Shown piece after piece: positions 42,532 to 52,454 of a DNA stretch of 64,000 nt. A program made the position numbers and the translations under genes. Source of the DNA: an uncultured Eubacteriales bacterium. Lineage in GTDB: Bacteria; Bacillota; Clostridia; Lachnospirales; Lachnospiraceae. Where the stretch lies: assembly GCA_900315305.1 (NCBI GenBank), contig OMYS01000002.1, forward strand, positions 4,149 to 68,148. The letters are read 5' to 3'. Under the pieces are notes generated by a model that was given only the letters and a program-made list of their open reading frames with translations, did no database searches and was not told the origin of the DNA. Every line of letters begins with the position of its first letter. Position 1 is the stretch's first letter.

Positions 42532-43279
42532 TGTTACAAATCTGAGTATCCGCTTCGGTGGTCTTCTGGCCGTCGATGATTTTGAGCTGCATATAGAGAA
42601 GGGCGAGCTCTACGGCCTCATCGGGCCGAACGGCGCCGGCAAGACGACCGTCTTCAACATGCTGACAGGCGTCTACAAGCCGACGACGGGAATCATTAAG
42701 CTCGACGGCAAGGACATCACCGGACACAAGACGACGGAGATCAACAAGGACGGCATCGCCCGTACCTTCCAGAATATCCGCCTCTTCGACCAGATGTCCG
42801 TCATCGACAACGTCAAGGTCGGACTGCACAACCACTACAAGTACAGCAGCATCTCGGGAATCCTCAAGCTTCCGGGAAGCCGCCGGGTGGAGAAGGAGAT
42901 CGACGAGAAGGCCATGGAGCTTCTCGGGGTCTTCGGCATGCAGAACGTTCGCGACGAGCTCTCGACCAATCTTCCGTACGGCCAGCAGAGAAAGCTGGAG
43001 ATTGCCCGCGCGCTTGCGACGGAACCGAAGCTTCTGCTGCTCGATGAGCCGGCCGCCGGTATGAACCCGAATGAGACGAAGGAGCTGATGGACACGATCG
43101 CCTTTATCCGTGAGAAGTTCGGCATCACGATTCTTCTGATTGAGCACGACATGAAGCTCGTCTCCGGTATCTGTGAGAAGCTGACAGTCCTGAACTTCGG
43201 CCGCATCCTGGCGCAGGGCGCGACGAAGGAGGTTCTGAGCAATCCGGAGGTCATCAAGGCATATCTGGGAAATGAATAA
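42518..43279 (+). CDS. livG: BCAA ABC transporter ATPase
   Basis: GPNGAGKTT, RTFQNIRLF, LPYGQQRKLEIA, DEPAAG. Confidence 0.93.
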   Translation: MALLDVTNLSIRFGGLLAVDDFELHIEKGELYGLIGPNGAGKTTVFNMLTGVYKPTTGIIKLDGKDITGHKTTEINKDGIARTFQNIRLFDQMSVIDNVKVGLHNHYKYSSISGILKLPGSRRVEKEIDEKAMELLGVFGMQNVRDELSTNLPYGQQRKLEIARALATEPKLLLLDEPAAGMNPNETKELMDTIAFIREKFGITILLIEHDMKLVSGICEKLTVLNFGRILAQGATKEVLSNPEVIKAYLGNE

Positions 43280-43291
43280 CGGAGATTAGAT

Positions 43292-44005
43292 ATGGAGACT
43301 ATTCTTAAGGTAGAGAACCTTCAGGTCAGCTACGGCATGATCAAGGCGCTGAAGGGAATCTCATTTGAAGTAAATAAGGGAGAGATCGTCGCTCTGATCG
43401 GCTCGAACGGAGCCGGCAAGACGACGACGCTGCACGCAATTTCGGGACTGATCCCGGCGGCGGGCGGCCATATTGTCTACAAGGGACAGGATCTGACAAA
43501 GGTGCCGGGCTACAAGATCGTCGGCATGGGCATCGCACAGGTCCCGGAGGGACGCCGCGTCTTTTCGGGCATGTCCGTCCTGAATAACCTGAAGCTCGGC
43601 GCGTACACGCGAAAGGACAAGAGTGAGATCGCGGAGACGCTCGAGTATGTCTACAAGCGCTTCCCGCGCCTCAAGGAGAGACAGAATCAGCTGGCGGGCA
43701 CGCTGTCCGGCGGCGAGCAGCAGATGCTTGCGATGGGACGCGCCCTGATGTCCCATCCGGACATCGTCCTCATGGACGAGCCGTCGATGGGTCTCTCGCC
43801 TCTTCTTGTCAATGAAATCTTCGATATCATTCAGCAGATCCACAGCGAGGGGACGACGGTCCTACTGGTCGAGCAGAACGCGAAGAAGGCGCTCGCGATC
43901 GCGGACCGCGCCTACGTGCTTGAGACAGGAAAGATCACGCTGTCCGGCGATGCGAAGGAGCTGCTGAATAACGATCAGGTCAGAAAAGCGTATCTCGGTG
44001 AATAA
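43292..44005 (+). CDS. livF: BCAA ABC transporter ATPase
   Basis: GSNGAGKTT, VPEGRRVF, LSGGEQQMLA, DEPSMGLSP, VEQNA. Confidence 0.93.
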   Translation: METILKVENLQVSYGMIKALKGISFEVNKGEIVALIGSNGAGKTTTLHAISGLIPAAGGHIVYKGQDLTKVPGYKIVGMGIAQVPEGRRVFSGMSVLNNLKLGAYTRKDKSEIAETLEYVYKRFPRLKERQNQLAGTLSGGEQQMLAMGRALMSHPDIVLMDEPSMGLSPLLVNEIFDIIQQIHSEGTTVLLVEQNAKKALAIADRAYVLETGKITLSGDAKELLNNDQVRKAYLGE

Positions 44006-44015
44006 TGGAGGGACG

Positions 44016-44651
44016 ATGATGAACCAGAAGATAGTGATCGCGATTAACCGCGAGTATGGCAGCGGCGGACGGACCATCGGCGAGATGCTGGCCCGCGAGC
44101 TGAATATCGGCTACTATGACAAGGACATTTACAGGATGGCGTCTGAGCTCTCGGGAATCAATGAGGAGCTCTTTGTAAAGGCGTCCATGGATTTCCGCGG
44201 CACACCGCTCTTCAAGGCCTCTGAGCCGTATACAGGGGCGATGATCGGCCCTGAGAGCAGTGAGTTCACCTCAAAGAAGAACCTCTTCGCGTATCAGGCG
44301 AAGACAATCAAGGAGCTCGCGGCGAAGGAGCCCTGCGTCATCGTGGGAAAGGCGGCCGGCTTCGTTCTGAAAAATGAAGCGAATCTTGTCCGCGTCTTCG
44401 TGCACGCCCCGTACTGGTTCCTCCGCCAGGAGGCGGCAAAGCGCAATTCCCTGACAGACAGGGAGCTCGATAAGTACATCGAGAAGGAGAACAAGCGGCG
44501 CGCGGACTATAATTATTACTATACAGGTGAAAAGTGGGACGATGCCCACAACTATGATCTGTGCGTGGACGCATCGAAACTCGGCTTTGAGAAATGCGTG
44601 AAAATCATCGAGGGGTATATGAAGGTTCGCTTTGACGGACTTCAGTTCTGA
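44016..44651 (+). CDS. Cytidylate kinase-like family protein
   Basis: IAINREYGSGG, CVIVGK, YNYYTGEKW...YDLC. Confidence 0.88.
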   Translation: MMNQKIVIAINREYGSGGRTIGEMLARELNIGYYDKDIYRMASELSGINEELFVKASMDFRGTPLFKASEPYTGAMIGPESSEFTSKKNLFAYQAKTIKELAAKEPCVIVGKAAGFVLKNEANLVRVFVHAPYWFLRQEAAKRNSLTDRELDKYIEKENKRRADYNYYYTGEKWDDAHNYDLCVDASKLGFEKCVKIIEGYMKVRFDGLQF

Positions 44652-44701
44652 CGTGCGGCTTTCATTTCCGCCGGATCTGTGATATGATTCGATAGTTATG
44701 T

Positions 44702-44762
44702 GTAATTATTCAGCACAAGGAGGGACGCGAAGCGTCCCGAGTTTGGGGTGCTGAATAGTTGC
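44702..44762. repeat. REP/MITE-like element, full copy (C)
   Basis: Terminal inverted repeats gtaattattcagcac / gtgctgaatagttgc; inner hairpin gggacgc-gaa-gcgtccc. Confidence 0.8.
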
Positions 44763-44802
44763 TGTTACGTGAAGTAAGTATAGCAGCGAGGAGAGCATCG
44801 AA

Positions 44803-46194
44803 ATGGAGAAGCTTGTTACAGTAAGAGATATCTATAAGGACAGGGAGAAGTACCTGGACAAGAAGATCTCGATCGGCGGCTGGGTCCGCTCGATCCGCGA
44901 TTCGAAGACATTCGGATTCATGGTCGTTCATGACGGCACGTATTTCAATACGCTTCAGGTCGTTTTCCACGACGGGATGAGCAATTTCAGCGAGATCGCA
45001 CATCTCAATGTCGGCACCGCAGTCATCGTCCGCGGAACACTGGTCGCGACGCCGCAGGCGAAGCAGCCGTTTGAGATTCAGGCCGATGAGGTGGACATCG
45101 AGGGACCGTCCAGCCCGGACTACCCGCTGCAGAAAAAGCGCCACACGCTCGAGTATCTGCGCACGATGCCGCATCTCCGCGCGCGCACAAATACATTCCA
45201 GGCGACCTTCCGCGTCCGCTCGCTGATTGCCTACGCGATCCACAAGTTCTTCCAGGAGCGCGGCTTTGTCTACGTCCACACGCCGCTCATCACGGCATCT
45301 GACGCAGAGGGCGCCGGCGAAATGTTCCAGGTCACAACGCTCGACCTTGAGCATCTTCCGAAAAATGAAGACGGCACCGTCGACTACAGCAAGGATTTCT
45401 TCGGCACGGAGACGAATCTCACGGTATCCGGCCAGCTGCAGGGCGAGACGTTCGCGCAGGCGTTCCGTAACATCTATACGTTCGGACCGACGTTCCGCGC
45501 TGAGAATTCCAACACGACGCGCCACGCGGCTGAGTTCTGGATGATCGAGCCGGAGATCGCATTTGCTGACCTCGAGGATGACATGGACCTCGCCGAGGAC
45601 ATGCTGAAGTATATCATCAACTACGTTCTCGAGAATGCTCCCGAGGAAATGCAGTTCTTTAATTCATTTGTCGACAAGGGACTGCTCGAGAGACTGCAGC
45701 ACGTCGCGTCCTCTGACTTCGAGCGCGTCGATTACACGGACGCAATCGACATTCTCCAGAAGTCCGGCGAGAAGTTCGAGTACAAGCCGGAGTGGGGCAA
45801 GGAGCTCCAGACGGAGCACGAGAGATACCTCACGGAGAAGGTCTTCAAGAAGCCGATCTTCGTCATCAATTTCCCGAAGGACTGCAAGGCCTTCTACATG
45901 AAGCAGAATCCGGACGGAAAGACCGTCGCGGCTATGGACTGCCTGGTCCCGGGAATCGGTGAAATCATGGGCGGCTCCGAGCGTGAGGCTGATCTTGAGA
46001 AGCTCACGAGGCGCATGAAGGAGCTGAACATGAGCATGGACCAGTACGACTTCTACCTCGACCTGCGCAGATACGGCAGCTGCCGCCATGCGGGCTACGG
46101 CCTCGGCTTCGAGCGCTGCGTCATGTACCTGACGGGCATGCAGAACATCAGAGACGTCCTTCCGTATCCGAGAACGGTCGGAAGCCTCGTATAA
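44803..46194 (+). CDS. asnS: Asparagine--tRNA ligase
   Basis: [51 protein letters not shown]. Confidence 0.96.
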   Translation: MEKLVTVRDIYKDREKYLDKKISIGGWVRSIRDSKTFGFMVVHDGTYFNTLQVVFHDGMSNFSEIAHLNVGTAVIVRGTLVATPQAKQPFEIQADEVDIEGPSSPDYPLQKKRHTLEYLRTMPHLRARTNTFQATFRVRSLIAYAIHKFFQERGFVYVHTPLITASDAEGAGEMFQVTTLDLEHLPKNEDGTVDYSKDFFGTETNLTVSGQLQGETFAQAFRNIYTFGPTFRAENSNTTRHAAEFWMIEPEIAFADLEDDMDLAEDMLKYIINYVLENAPEEMQFFNSFVDKGLLERLQHVASSDFERVDYTDAIDILQKSGEKFEYKPEWGKELQTEHERYLTEKVFKKPIFVINFPKDCKAFYMKQNPDGKTVAAMDCLVPGIGEIMGGSEREADLEKLTRRMKELNMSMDQYDFYLDLRRYGSCRHAGYGLGFERCVMYLTGMQNIRDVLPYPRTVGSLV

Positions 46195-46361
46195 CTCGTA
46201 TAATATGTAATTGTCCAGTCCCCCTTGGAAAACTGATGAAATCCGGACAGAGAGCTTGCTCGACGGACGGCTCCATCAGTTTTCCAATGGGCGGACAAGC
46301 GGCGAAGCCGCTCTGTCCGCCCCGGGCGAGGAAGTCCGGGAGCTGAATAAATGAAATAACG

Positions 46362-46400
46362 AAGAGAGCACTCCGCGGCGTCGGGGTGCCCTCTTTTTTT
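46362..46400 (+). terminator. Intrinsic terminator downstream of asnS
   Basis: aagagagcactcc/ggggtgccctctt plus 7 T. Confidence 0.75.
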
Positions 46401-46722
46401 GAGGTCTTCGCAGACGCCGGCCTGAGAAAGTGCGCGGAACCGGCCATGGCAACGGTGTTCCGCGCGAATTTTATGTCTTGAGACCTGACTTGACAGCCGG
46501 AAGAGTATGGAAACGGTAACGGTCGATTTCTGCCTTTGCATACGCAGATAACAGGAAGAAAACCTGCGCAACATGCACAAATTAATGAGTGAAACTCTGT
46601 GTGAAATCGACAAAGTACAAAATATATGACAATAGAATATTGCAAAAGCACCTCTGGAAGCTTATGATAGTGACATCAGAAATGGAAACAATTCCATCAA
46701 GAATTCCAACGAGGTGACTGCC

Positions 46723-46956
46723 ATGACCGATCGTGAAAATGAGGAATACAAAATCGACGAGTGGACAACATATATCTGCGATAATCTGAAGGCGCACTGC
46801 GACTTCTACGACCGCTCGGAGACATATCGGATGGTCGATACGATCGATTATGATGACCACGCGGAGGCGGAGAGGCTCTGCGGCTTGTACGCCCGGGAGC
46901 TCACGAAGCCGCAAACGACATACACTGGCGTAGAGCCGTTCCGGTATGCCGTCTGA
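46723..46956 (+). CDS. Small acidic hypothetical protein (77 aa)
   Basis: RBS GAGGTG 6 nt before ATG; GC3-biased codons; downstream terminator. Confidence 0.55.
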   Translation: MTDRENEEYKIDEWTTYICDNLKAHCDFYDRSETYRMVDTIDYDDHAEAERLCGLYARELTKPQTTYTGVEPFRYAV

Positions 46957-46968
46957 ATTTCTTTTGAT

Positions 46969-47036
46969 AAACTATTCAGCACCCCGGACTCGGAACGCTG
47001 CGCGTTCCTCGGTTTTCTGAGGGGTGCTGAATTTTA
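46969..47036. repeat. REP/MITE-like element, full copy (D)
   Basis: aaactattcagcacccc ... ggggtgctgaatttta; inner hairpin ggaacgc-tgc-gcgttcc. Confidence 0.8.
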
Positions 47037-47053
47037 TAAAACCTTCTCCTTCC

Positions 47054-47093
47054 GGGAGGTCTCTGCGGCAAGGCAGGGACCTCCCACTCTTTT
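47054..47093 (+). terminator. Intrinsic terminator
   Basis: gggaggtctctgc/gcagggacctccc stem with short T-tail. Confidence 0.6.
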
Positions 47094-47159
47094 GCCATAA
47101 TTCAGCGCCGCTATGGTAAAATAGATGAGTAACACAGAATACGCAAAGGAGAAGCAGAA

Positions 47160-47912
47160 ATGAAGTTCATTTCCTGGAATGTGAACGGCCTCCGGGCTGT
47201 TCTGAAGAAGGATTTCATGGATACATTTGCGGCGCTTGACGCCGATATTTTCTGCCTGCAGGAGACGAAAATGCAGGAGGGGCAGGCGACGCTTGACCTG
47301 CCGGGCTACGAGCAGTATTTCAATTACGCCGAAAGAAAGGGCTACTCGGGGACGGCCATTTTCACAAGGAAGACGCCGCTTCATGTCACGTACGGGCTCG
47401 GGATCCCGGAGCACGACACAGAGGGGCGGGTCATCACGCTGGAGTATCCGGATTTTTATTTTATTACGGTCTACACGCCGAACGCGCAGGACGGGCTGAA
47501 GCGGATCGACTACCGGATGAAGTGGGAGGATGATTTCCTCGCCTATGTGAAGGAGCTCGATCAGAAGAAGCCGGTGATCTGGTGCGGCGATCTCAACGTC
47601 GCGCACGAGGAGATTGACCTGAAGAACCCGAAGACGAACCGGGGCCATGCGGGCTTCTCGGACCAGGAGCGGGCGGCGATGACGAGAACGCTCGGCAGCG
47701 GCTTTATCGATACCTGGCGGTATTTCCATCCGGACACGACGGGAGTTTACTCCTGGTGGTCCTATCGCTTTCATGCGAGGGAGAACAACGCGGGGTGGCG
47801 CATCGACTATTTTATCTGCTCGGAGCGGCTTAAGGACAGGCTCGTGAGTGCGGACATCCACACGGACATTATGGGGTCTGACCACTGCCCGGTGGAGCTG
47901 GTGATCCGGTAA
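47160..47912 (+). CDS. xth: Exodeoxyribonuclease III / AP endonuclease
   Basis: SWNVNGLRA, CLQETK, GYSGTA, GDLNVAH, GWRIDY, SDHCP. Confidence 0.95.
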   Translation: MKFISWNVNGLRAVLKKDFMDTFAALDADIFCLQETKMQEGQATLDLPGYEQYFNYAERKGYSGTAIFTRKTPLHVTYGLGIPEHDTEGRVITLEYPDFYFITVYTPNAQDGLKRIDYRMKWEDDFLAYVKELDQKKPVIWCGDLNVAHEEIDLKNPKTNRGHAGFSDQERAAMTRTLGSGFIDTWRYFHPDTTGVYSWWSYRFHARENNAGWRIDYFICSERLKDRLVSADIHTDIMGSDHCPVELVIR

Positions 47913-47988
47913 AGATAACGAGCGAGCTCTCCATCCGGATTTCATCGTTTCCAAGAGACGCTGAATCATTGCAAGAAAGGAATATGAA

Positions 47989-49104
47989 ATGTACGATTAT
48001 CTGATTGTCGGCGCCGGCCTCTTTGGCTCGGTATTTGCCGCTGAAGCTGTCAAAAATGGCAAGAAGGTCCTTGTTGTGGACAGAAGACCGAATATTGCGG
48101 GAAATGTCTACACGGAAAATATAGAGGGAATTCAGGTCCACAAGTACGGGGCGCATATTTTCCACACGAATGATAAGCGCGTCTGGTCCTATGTCAATTC
48201 ATTTGCGGAATTTAACCGTTTCACGAATTCGCCGGTCGCAAACTACAAGGGCGAGCTCTATTCGCTCCCGTTCAACATGTACACATTTAATAAAATGTGG
48301 GGCGTCGTGACGCCAGAGGAGGCCGCCGCGAAGATTGAGGAGCAGAGACGCGAGGCAGGCATTACGGAGCCGAAGAACCTCGAGGAGCAGGCGATCAGCC
48401 TTGTCGGTACCGACATCTACGAGAAGCTGATCAAGGGCTATACAGAGAAGCAGTGGGGGCGGCCGTGCACGGAGCTTCCGGCCTTCATCATCCGGAGACT
48501 CCCCGTCCGATATACCTTTGACAATAATTACTTTAACGCGCTCTATCAGGGAATCCCGATCGGCGGGTACACGAAGATGGTCAGCCACATGCTGGAGGGC
48601 GCGGAGGTGCGGCTCTCCTGCGACTATCTGAAAATGAAGGACGAGCTCGATTCTCTCGCGGATAAGGTGATCTACACCGGCCCGATCGACGAGTACTTCG
48701 GCTACAGTCTCGGATGTCTCGAGTACCGCTCGGTCCGCTTTGAGACGGAGGTGCTGGACAAGCCGAATTTCCAGGGCAACGCCGCGGTGAATTATACGGA
48801 TCGCGAGACGCCGTGGACCCGGATCATCGAGCACAAGTGGTTTGAGTTTGGAAAGGACGAGGCGGGAAATGACCTGCCGAAGACGGTCATTTCCCGTGAA
48901 TATTCGTCCGAATGGAAGGTGGGCGACGAGCCGTACTATCCGGTTAATGATGAAAAGAACGGCGCGCTCTATCAGGAATACAGGAAGCTCGCAGACCGCG
49001 AGAAGAAGGTAATCTTCGGCGGAAGACTCGGCGAGTACAAGTATTACGACATGGATAAGGTCATCGCGTCGGCACTCGACGTGAGCGCCCGCGAGCTGGG
49101 CTGA
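47989..49104 (+). CDS. glf: UDP-galactopyranose mutase
   Basis: VGAGLFG, HKYGAHIFHT, YTEKQWG, TRIIEHK, EPYYP, GRLGEYKYYDM. Confidence 0.96.
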   Translation: MYDYLIVGAGLFGSVFAAEAVKNGKKVLVVDRRPNIAGNVYTENIEGIQVHKYGAHIFHTNDKRVWSYVNSFAEFNRFTNSPVANYKGELYSLPFNMYTFNKMWGVVTPEEAAAKIEEQRREAGITEPKNLEEQAISLVGTDIYEKLIKGYTEKQWGRPCTELPAFIIRRLPVRYTFDNNYFNALYQGIPIGGYTKMVSHMLEGAEVRLSCDYLKMKDELDSLADKVIYTGPIDEYFGYSLGCLEYRSVRFETEVLDKPNFQGNAAVNYTDRETPWTRIIEHKWFEFGKDEAGNDLPKTVISREYSSEWKVGDEPYYPVNDEKNGALYQEYRKLADREKKVIFGGRLGEYKYYDMDKVIASALDVSARELG

Positions 49105-49226
49105 GGCCTGCTCGCGGAAGCATGCTTCAGGACGGTGCCGGCGGGCTTCAGCACGTCGGGGTCAGTCGTGGGCCGGCGCCGTACCGACTGCCACGTCTGC
49201 AGCTGCCGTGCTGTGATGTATCGGAT

Positions 49227-50339
49227 TCAGCCGTGGGCCGGCGCGACGCTCGATGGGAGGTACTCGTGCACGGTCTTGTCGTCGAGATGCTCTCCGATGA
49301 CGATCAGGACCTCCTGGCCTGCCTCGGAGGGCTTCAGCTCGAGACCGTCCCGCGTCGCGTTGACTTCGTACCAGGCCGGCTCTGCCCCGGATTTTTCTGC
49401 CGAGGCGGTCTCTGAGGTCTCGACGGAGAAGCCCTCCTTCAGGCCCGCCTGGCTGGCCGGGATAAAGCCCTTGATCCGCATGATATGACCGCATTTCTTA
49501 TCGTCAAACATCTTTTTTACGGTCTCGCGCAGCTGCGCGGCTGTCATATGGACGTTGTAGCTGAAGAGCGAGTCGAAGCCGTTTCCGTCCTCGAGAGGCA
49601 TTTTCACATGAGAAGAGAGAAGAATCCCCGCATCGGCGAGTGCCCCGAGGTCTTCGTCCGTGAAATTCTTCCAGTCCTTCAGAACGACGACGCTGTGCGG
49701 GTCGGGCCGCTGCACTTTAGCGGAGCGCGCGGAGGCGTCTGTTCCGTTTCCGTCCGCCGGGGCTTCATTTTCCGGGAGAGTAAAACGGCGGCGGCACTTG
49801 AAGCGCTCCATTGCCCGGTTTAAGTGAGCGACAGCGCCGCGGATCTCCTCCGGCGATGCGTCCTCTGTGCGGCTTAAGATAATCCGGCCGGCGTCCGCTG
49901 TCTGCGAGACGAGCATGTACTCAGACTCGTCGGAGAGCTTCTCCGGGAGGCGCGCGTCGACAATTGCGAGGACGCTGCCGGGCTCATAGAGACGGTCGAT
50001 CGGATCGTCGTGCAGGACGTCAAAGAACTCGTCGACGTCGTAAATGCCCGAGGGTTCGACGATTACGCGTGTGTAGCCGAGCATGCCGAGCGTGATGAGC
50101 TTCGTCTTGTATCTGCGTCGGTGGCAGTCATAGTCGCCGACGGGTGCCGTGACCATCTCGAGGTCGCAGTTGTCGCCGAGAAGGTCATTTAAGAGCAGGG
50201 CGTCGACGTTGATGGAGCCGTAGTCGTTCTCCAGAATGCAGACGCGCTCGCCCCTTGACAGAAGATACTTTGCGTAGCGTCTGATAAATGTTGTTTTTCC
50301 GGATCCGAGAAATCCGGTGATGAGATCTATTTTCGGCAT
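49227..50339 (-). CDS. CobW/P47K family (COG0523-like) GTPase
   Basis: ITGFLGSGKTT, ENDYG, VEPSG, RIKG, VIGEHL; RBS AAGGAG. Confidence 0.85.
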   Translation of the reverse strand: MPKIDLITGFLGSGKTTFIRRYAKYLLSRGERVCILENDYGSINVDALLLNDLLGDNCDLEMVTAPVGDYDCHRRRYKTKLITLGMLGYTRVIVEPSGIYDVDEFFDVLHDDPIDRLYEPGSVLAIVDARLPEKLSDESEYMLVSQTADAGRIILSRTEDASPEEIRGAVAHLNRAMERFKCRRRFTLPENEAPADGNGTDASARSAKVQRPDPHSVVVLKDWKNFTDEDLGALADAGILLSSHVKMPLEDGNGFDSLFSYNVHMTAAQLRETVKKMFDDKKCGHIMRIKGFIPASQAGLKEGFSVETSETASAEKSGAEPAWYEVNATRDGLELKPSEAGQEVLIVIGEHLDDKTVHEYLPSSVAPAHG

Positions 50340-50367
50340 ATATACTCCTTTCAGAAAATAACAGCAA

Positions 50368-50425
50368 GTATTCAATTCAGCACCCGGAGCCGGAGCGCTT
50401 TACGCTCCTTGCTGCGGGCGGAATC
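50368..50425. repeat. REP/MITE-like element, degenerate copy (E)
   Basis: aattcagcaccc left end; ggagcg-cttta-cgctcc hairpin; 21/23-nt match to copy B. Confidence 0.65.
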
Positions 50426-50427
50426 AT

Positions 50428-52257
50428 TTACAGCTCATCGAGCAGCAGGTCGGCCTTTCCCTTGTGATAGTTGCCCGCATACAGGAACTGCGTCCTGCCG
50501 GATGATTCTCTTACATCATACAACAGAACTCCCTCTGAGGAACCCATATTGATGATTGTGTCGCTCTGTCTGGCAAATAAAGAGCTGTACACAGCCTTGT
50601 GGACCCTTCCGCACAGGTAGGAGGCACCGACATTTCCGGCATCCGAGCTGTAATACAGGACATAGCCATTGCCGGAGGAAGTGAAGGTGGCCGGCTCGTC
50701 ATCAGCGGTCATGTCCACGAGCGTCACGGGACTTGTCCAAGATTTGCCTGTGCTGTCATTTGCGCGAAGCAGACGGATCGCGGATACGCCGCCGTCATAG
50801 AGCTCCTCCTCATAAACAAGCGTGAGCCTTCCGCCGGTCAGCACGAGGTCCGCGTCCTCAAGGTTCCGGCTTTTGGAGAGAACGGTCCCGATCTCCGTGT
50901 AATTCCCCGCGGTGTCCGTCCTGTAGAGGACAAAGGTATAGGTTCCGTTGGCGGCATTCGGGTCCGCGTTGTTGACCTTTCCCCGGATCTTTGTGACCGT
51001 GAAATAAAATGTCCCGTTTACATTGAGAAGCGTCGGATCGATGCAGAGGTCAGATGCCTTCCAGAGCACCTTGTGAAAGGCGACGTTATAATTCCCATCG
51101 AGACGGATCATACCGACCTGCTTCAGGGCGTTGCTGTACAGGATGGTCCTCGTGCTCTCATCGACAGAGAACCAGTTCATGGAAATATTATAATTTCCGT
51201 AATTGCCGGAGCAGCGGGCGCCGTCCGGCGTAAATACCGCGAATTTTCCGCCGACACTTGTGATGATCCGGTCGCCGAGAAATTTTGCGTCTCCGTTATT
51301 CAGCCCGGAAATGCAGAACCTGTTCTTTGCGGAGGCTGCCGTGCTCCCGGACTGGCCGCTGCCTGCGATTCCGTACCAGCCGATCCCCTCATAGCGCCAG
51401 CCGACAGCGACGAGATGATCGCGCTCCCCGCTGCTCGCCGTATAATGGTGCGCGCCGGCCCCTGTGCAGTTCGGGTTGTACAGCCGGTAGAGCGGCCTGC
51501 CGGACGAAGAGGCGCTGTTCCAGGCAACCCCCTCGAAGCGCCAGCCGACAGCGACGAGATGGTCGCGCTCGGCGCCGCTCATCGTGTAGTGATGATCGCC
51601 GGCGTTCGGATTGTAGAGGCGGTATACAGGCGAGCCCGACGATACAGGCGCCGTCCAGCCGATTCCCTCGTAGGTCCATCCGGCCGAGCGCAGCTGGTCC
51701 CGCTCGCCGGTGCTTCCCGTATAAAAATGCTCGCCCGAGTTCGGATTGTAGAGACGGTACATATCCGATCCGGCCGCGGCTCCGACAAGAGCCGCGGAGG
51801 AATTCTGCCCGCTGTCCGCCGCAGAAAATGAAGAGCTCCCGGAAGCCTCCGGCTCTCCGGTCTGCGCAGAGGCGCTTTCGGACGCATCCCTGCCGGGCCG
51901 AGAAGAATCGGTACCGGTGTCTGACGGAGCGGAAGCACTGCCGCCCGTGCTGGTGCCGGACTGAGTGGAACTGCTGTCTTCTGGCGGCATGGCGGATGAG
52001 GAAGCAGTTCCGGAAGCTGCGGCGGCCTCCGGTGAAGCCGTACCGGTTTCAGCTCCGTTTCCTGCGCCGACTGTCTGTCCGGAGGCGGCCTGGATGCGTG
52101 CCTGTTCCGGGGAAGCTTCTCCGCCGGGACCTGCTCCGGACGCCGTCTCAGCGGCGAGAACGGCCCTTTCTGTCAGATGAAGAGCACTCCCGCCGAATGT
52201 GAGGGCAAGAGCAGCTGCGCAGGACGCGGCCAGAAAAACAGACAGGTATCGTTTCAT
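50428..52257 (-). CDS. Secreted protein: signal peptide, Ser/Ala/Gly-rich linker, three RLYNPN (DUF5648-type) repeats, C-terminal beta-rich domain
   Basis: MKRYLSVFLAASCAAALAL; repeats YRLYNPNxGxHxYT...E...L...GW.YEG..W. Confidence 0.85.
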   Translation of the reverse strand: MKRYLSVFLAASCAAALALTFGGSALHLTERAVLAAETASGAGPGGEASPEQARIQAASGQTVGAGNGAETGTASPEAAAASGTASSSAMPPEDSSSTQSGTSTGGSASAPSDTGTDSSRPGRDASESASAQTGEPEASGSSSFSAADSGQNSSAALVGAAAGSDMYRLYNPNSGEHFYTGSTGERDQLRSAGWTYEGIGWTAPVSSGSPVYRLYNPNAGDHHYTMSGAERDHLVAVGWRFEGVAWNSASSSGRPLYRLYNPNCTGAGAHHYTASSGERDHLVAVGWRYEGIGWYGIAGSGQSGSTAASAKNRFCISGLNNGDAKFLGDRIITSVGGKFAVFTPDGARCSGNYGNYNISMNWFSVDESTRTILYSNALKQVGMIRLDGNYNVAFHKVLWKASDLCIDPTLLNVNGTFYFTVTKIRGKVNNADPNAANGTYTFVLYRTDTAGNYTEIGTVLSKSRNLEDADLVLTGGRLTLVYEEELYDGGVSAIRLLRANDSTGKSWTSPVTLVDMTADDEPATFTSSGNGYVLYYSSDAGNVGASYLCGRVHKAVYSSLFARQSDTIINMGSSEGVLLYDVRESSGRTQFLYAGNYHKGKADLLLDEL

Positions 52258-52454
52258 AGCAGATAAAATCCTCCCCAAAAATTTATAGACATGCGCGAAC
52301 TTATGTTCTATAATAACCATACGATACTCGCAGCGCCGCCCTGTGTCAAGCGGAAACTTGGAGCAGCAGCGGCAGAGAAGAGAACGGGTTACTATTCGCG
52401 ACCGCATGTGATGCTGGATGCGTGTGAACTGTAAGAGAACGGAAGAGAGGAAAA

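Noticed and set aside
44652-44802. T-box leader expected upstream of asnS
   Set aside because: The spacer is only ~150 nt, has no TGGNACC T-box or terminator, and is occupied by a REP-like copy.
46326-46345. gaggaagtccggg resembles the RNase P RNA GAGGAAAGUCC motif
   Set aside because: One A is missing, no complementary 3' P4 strand was found, and a terminator follows within ~60 nt.
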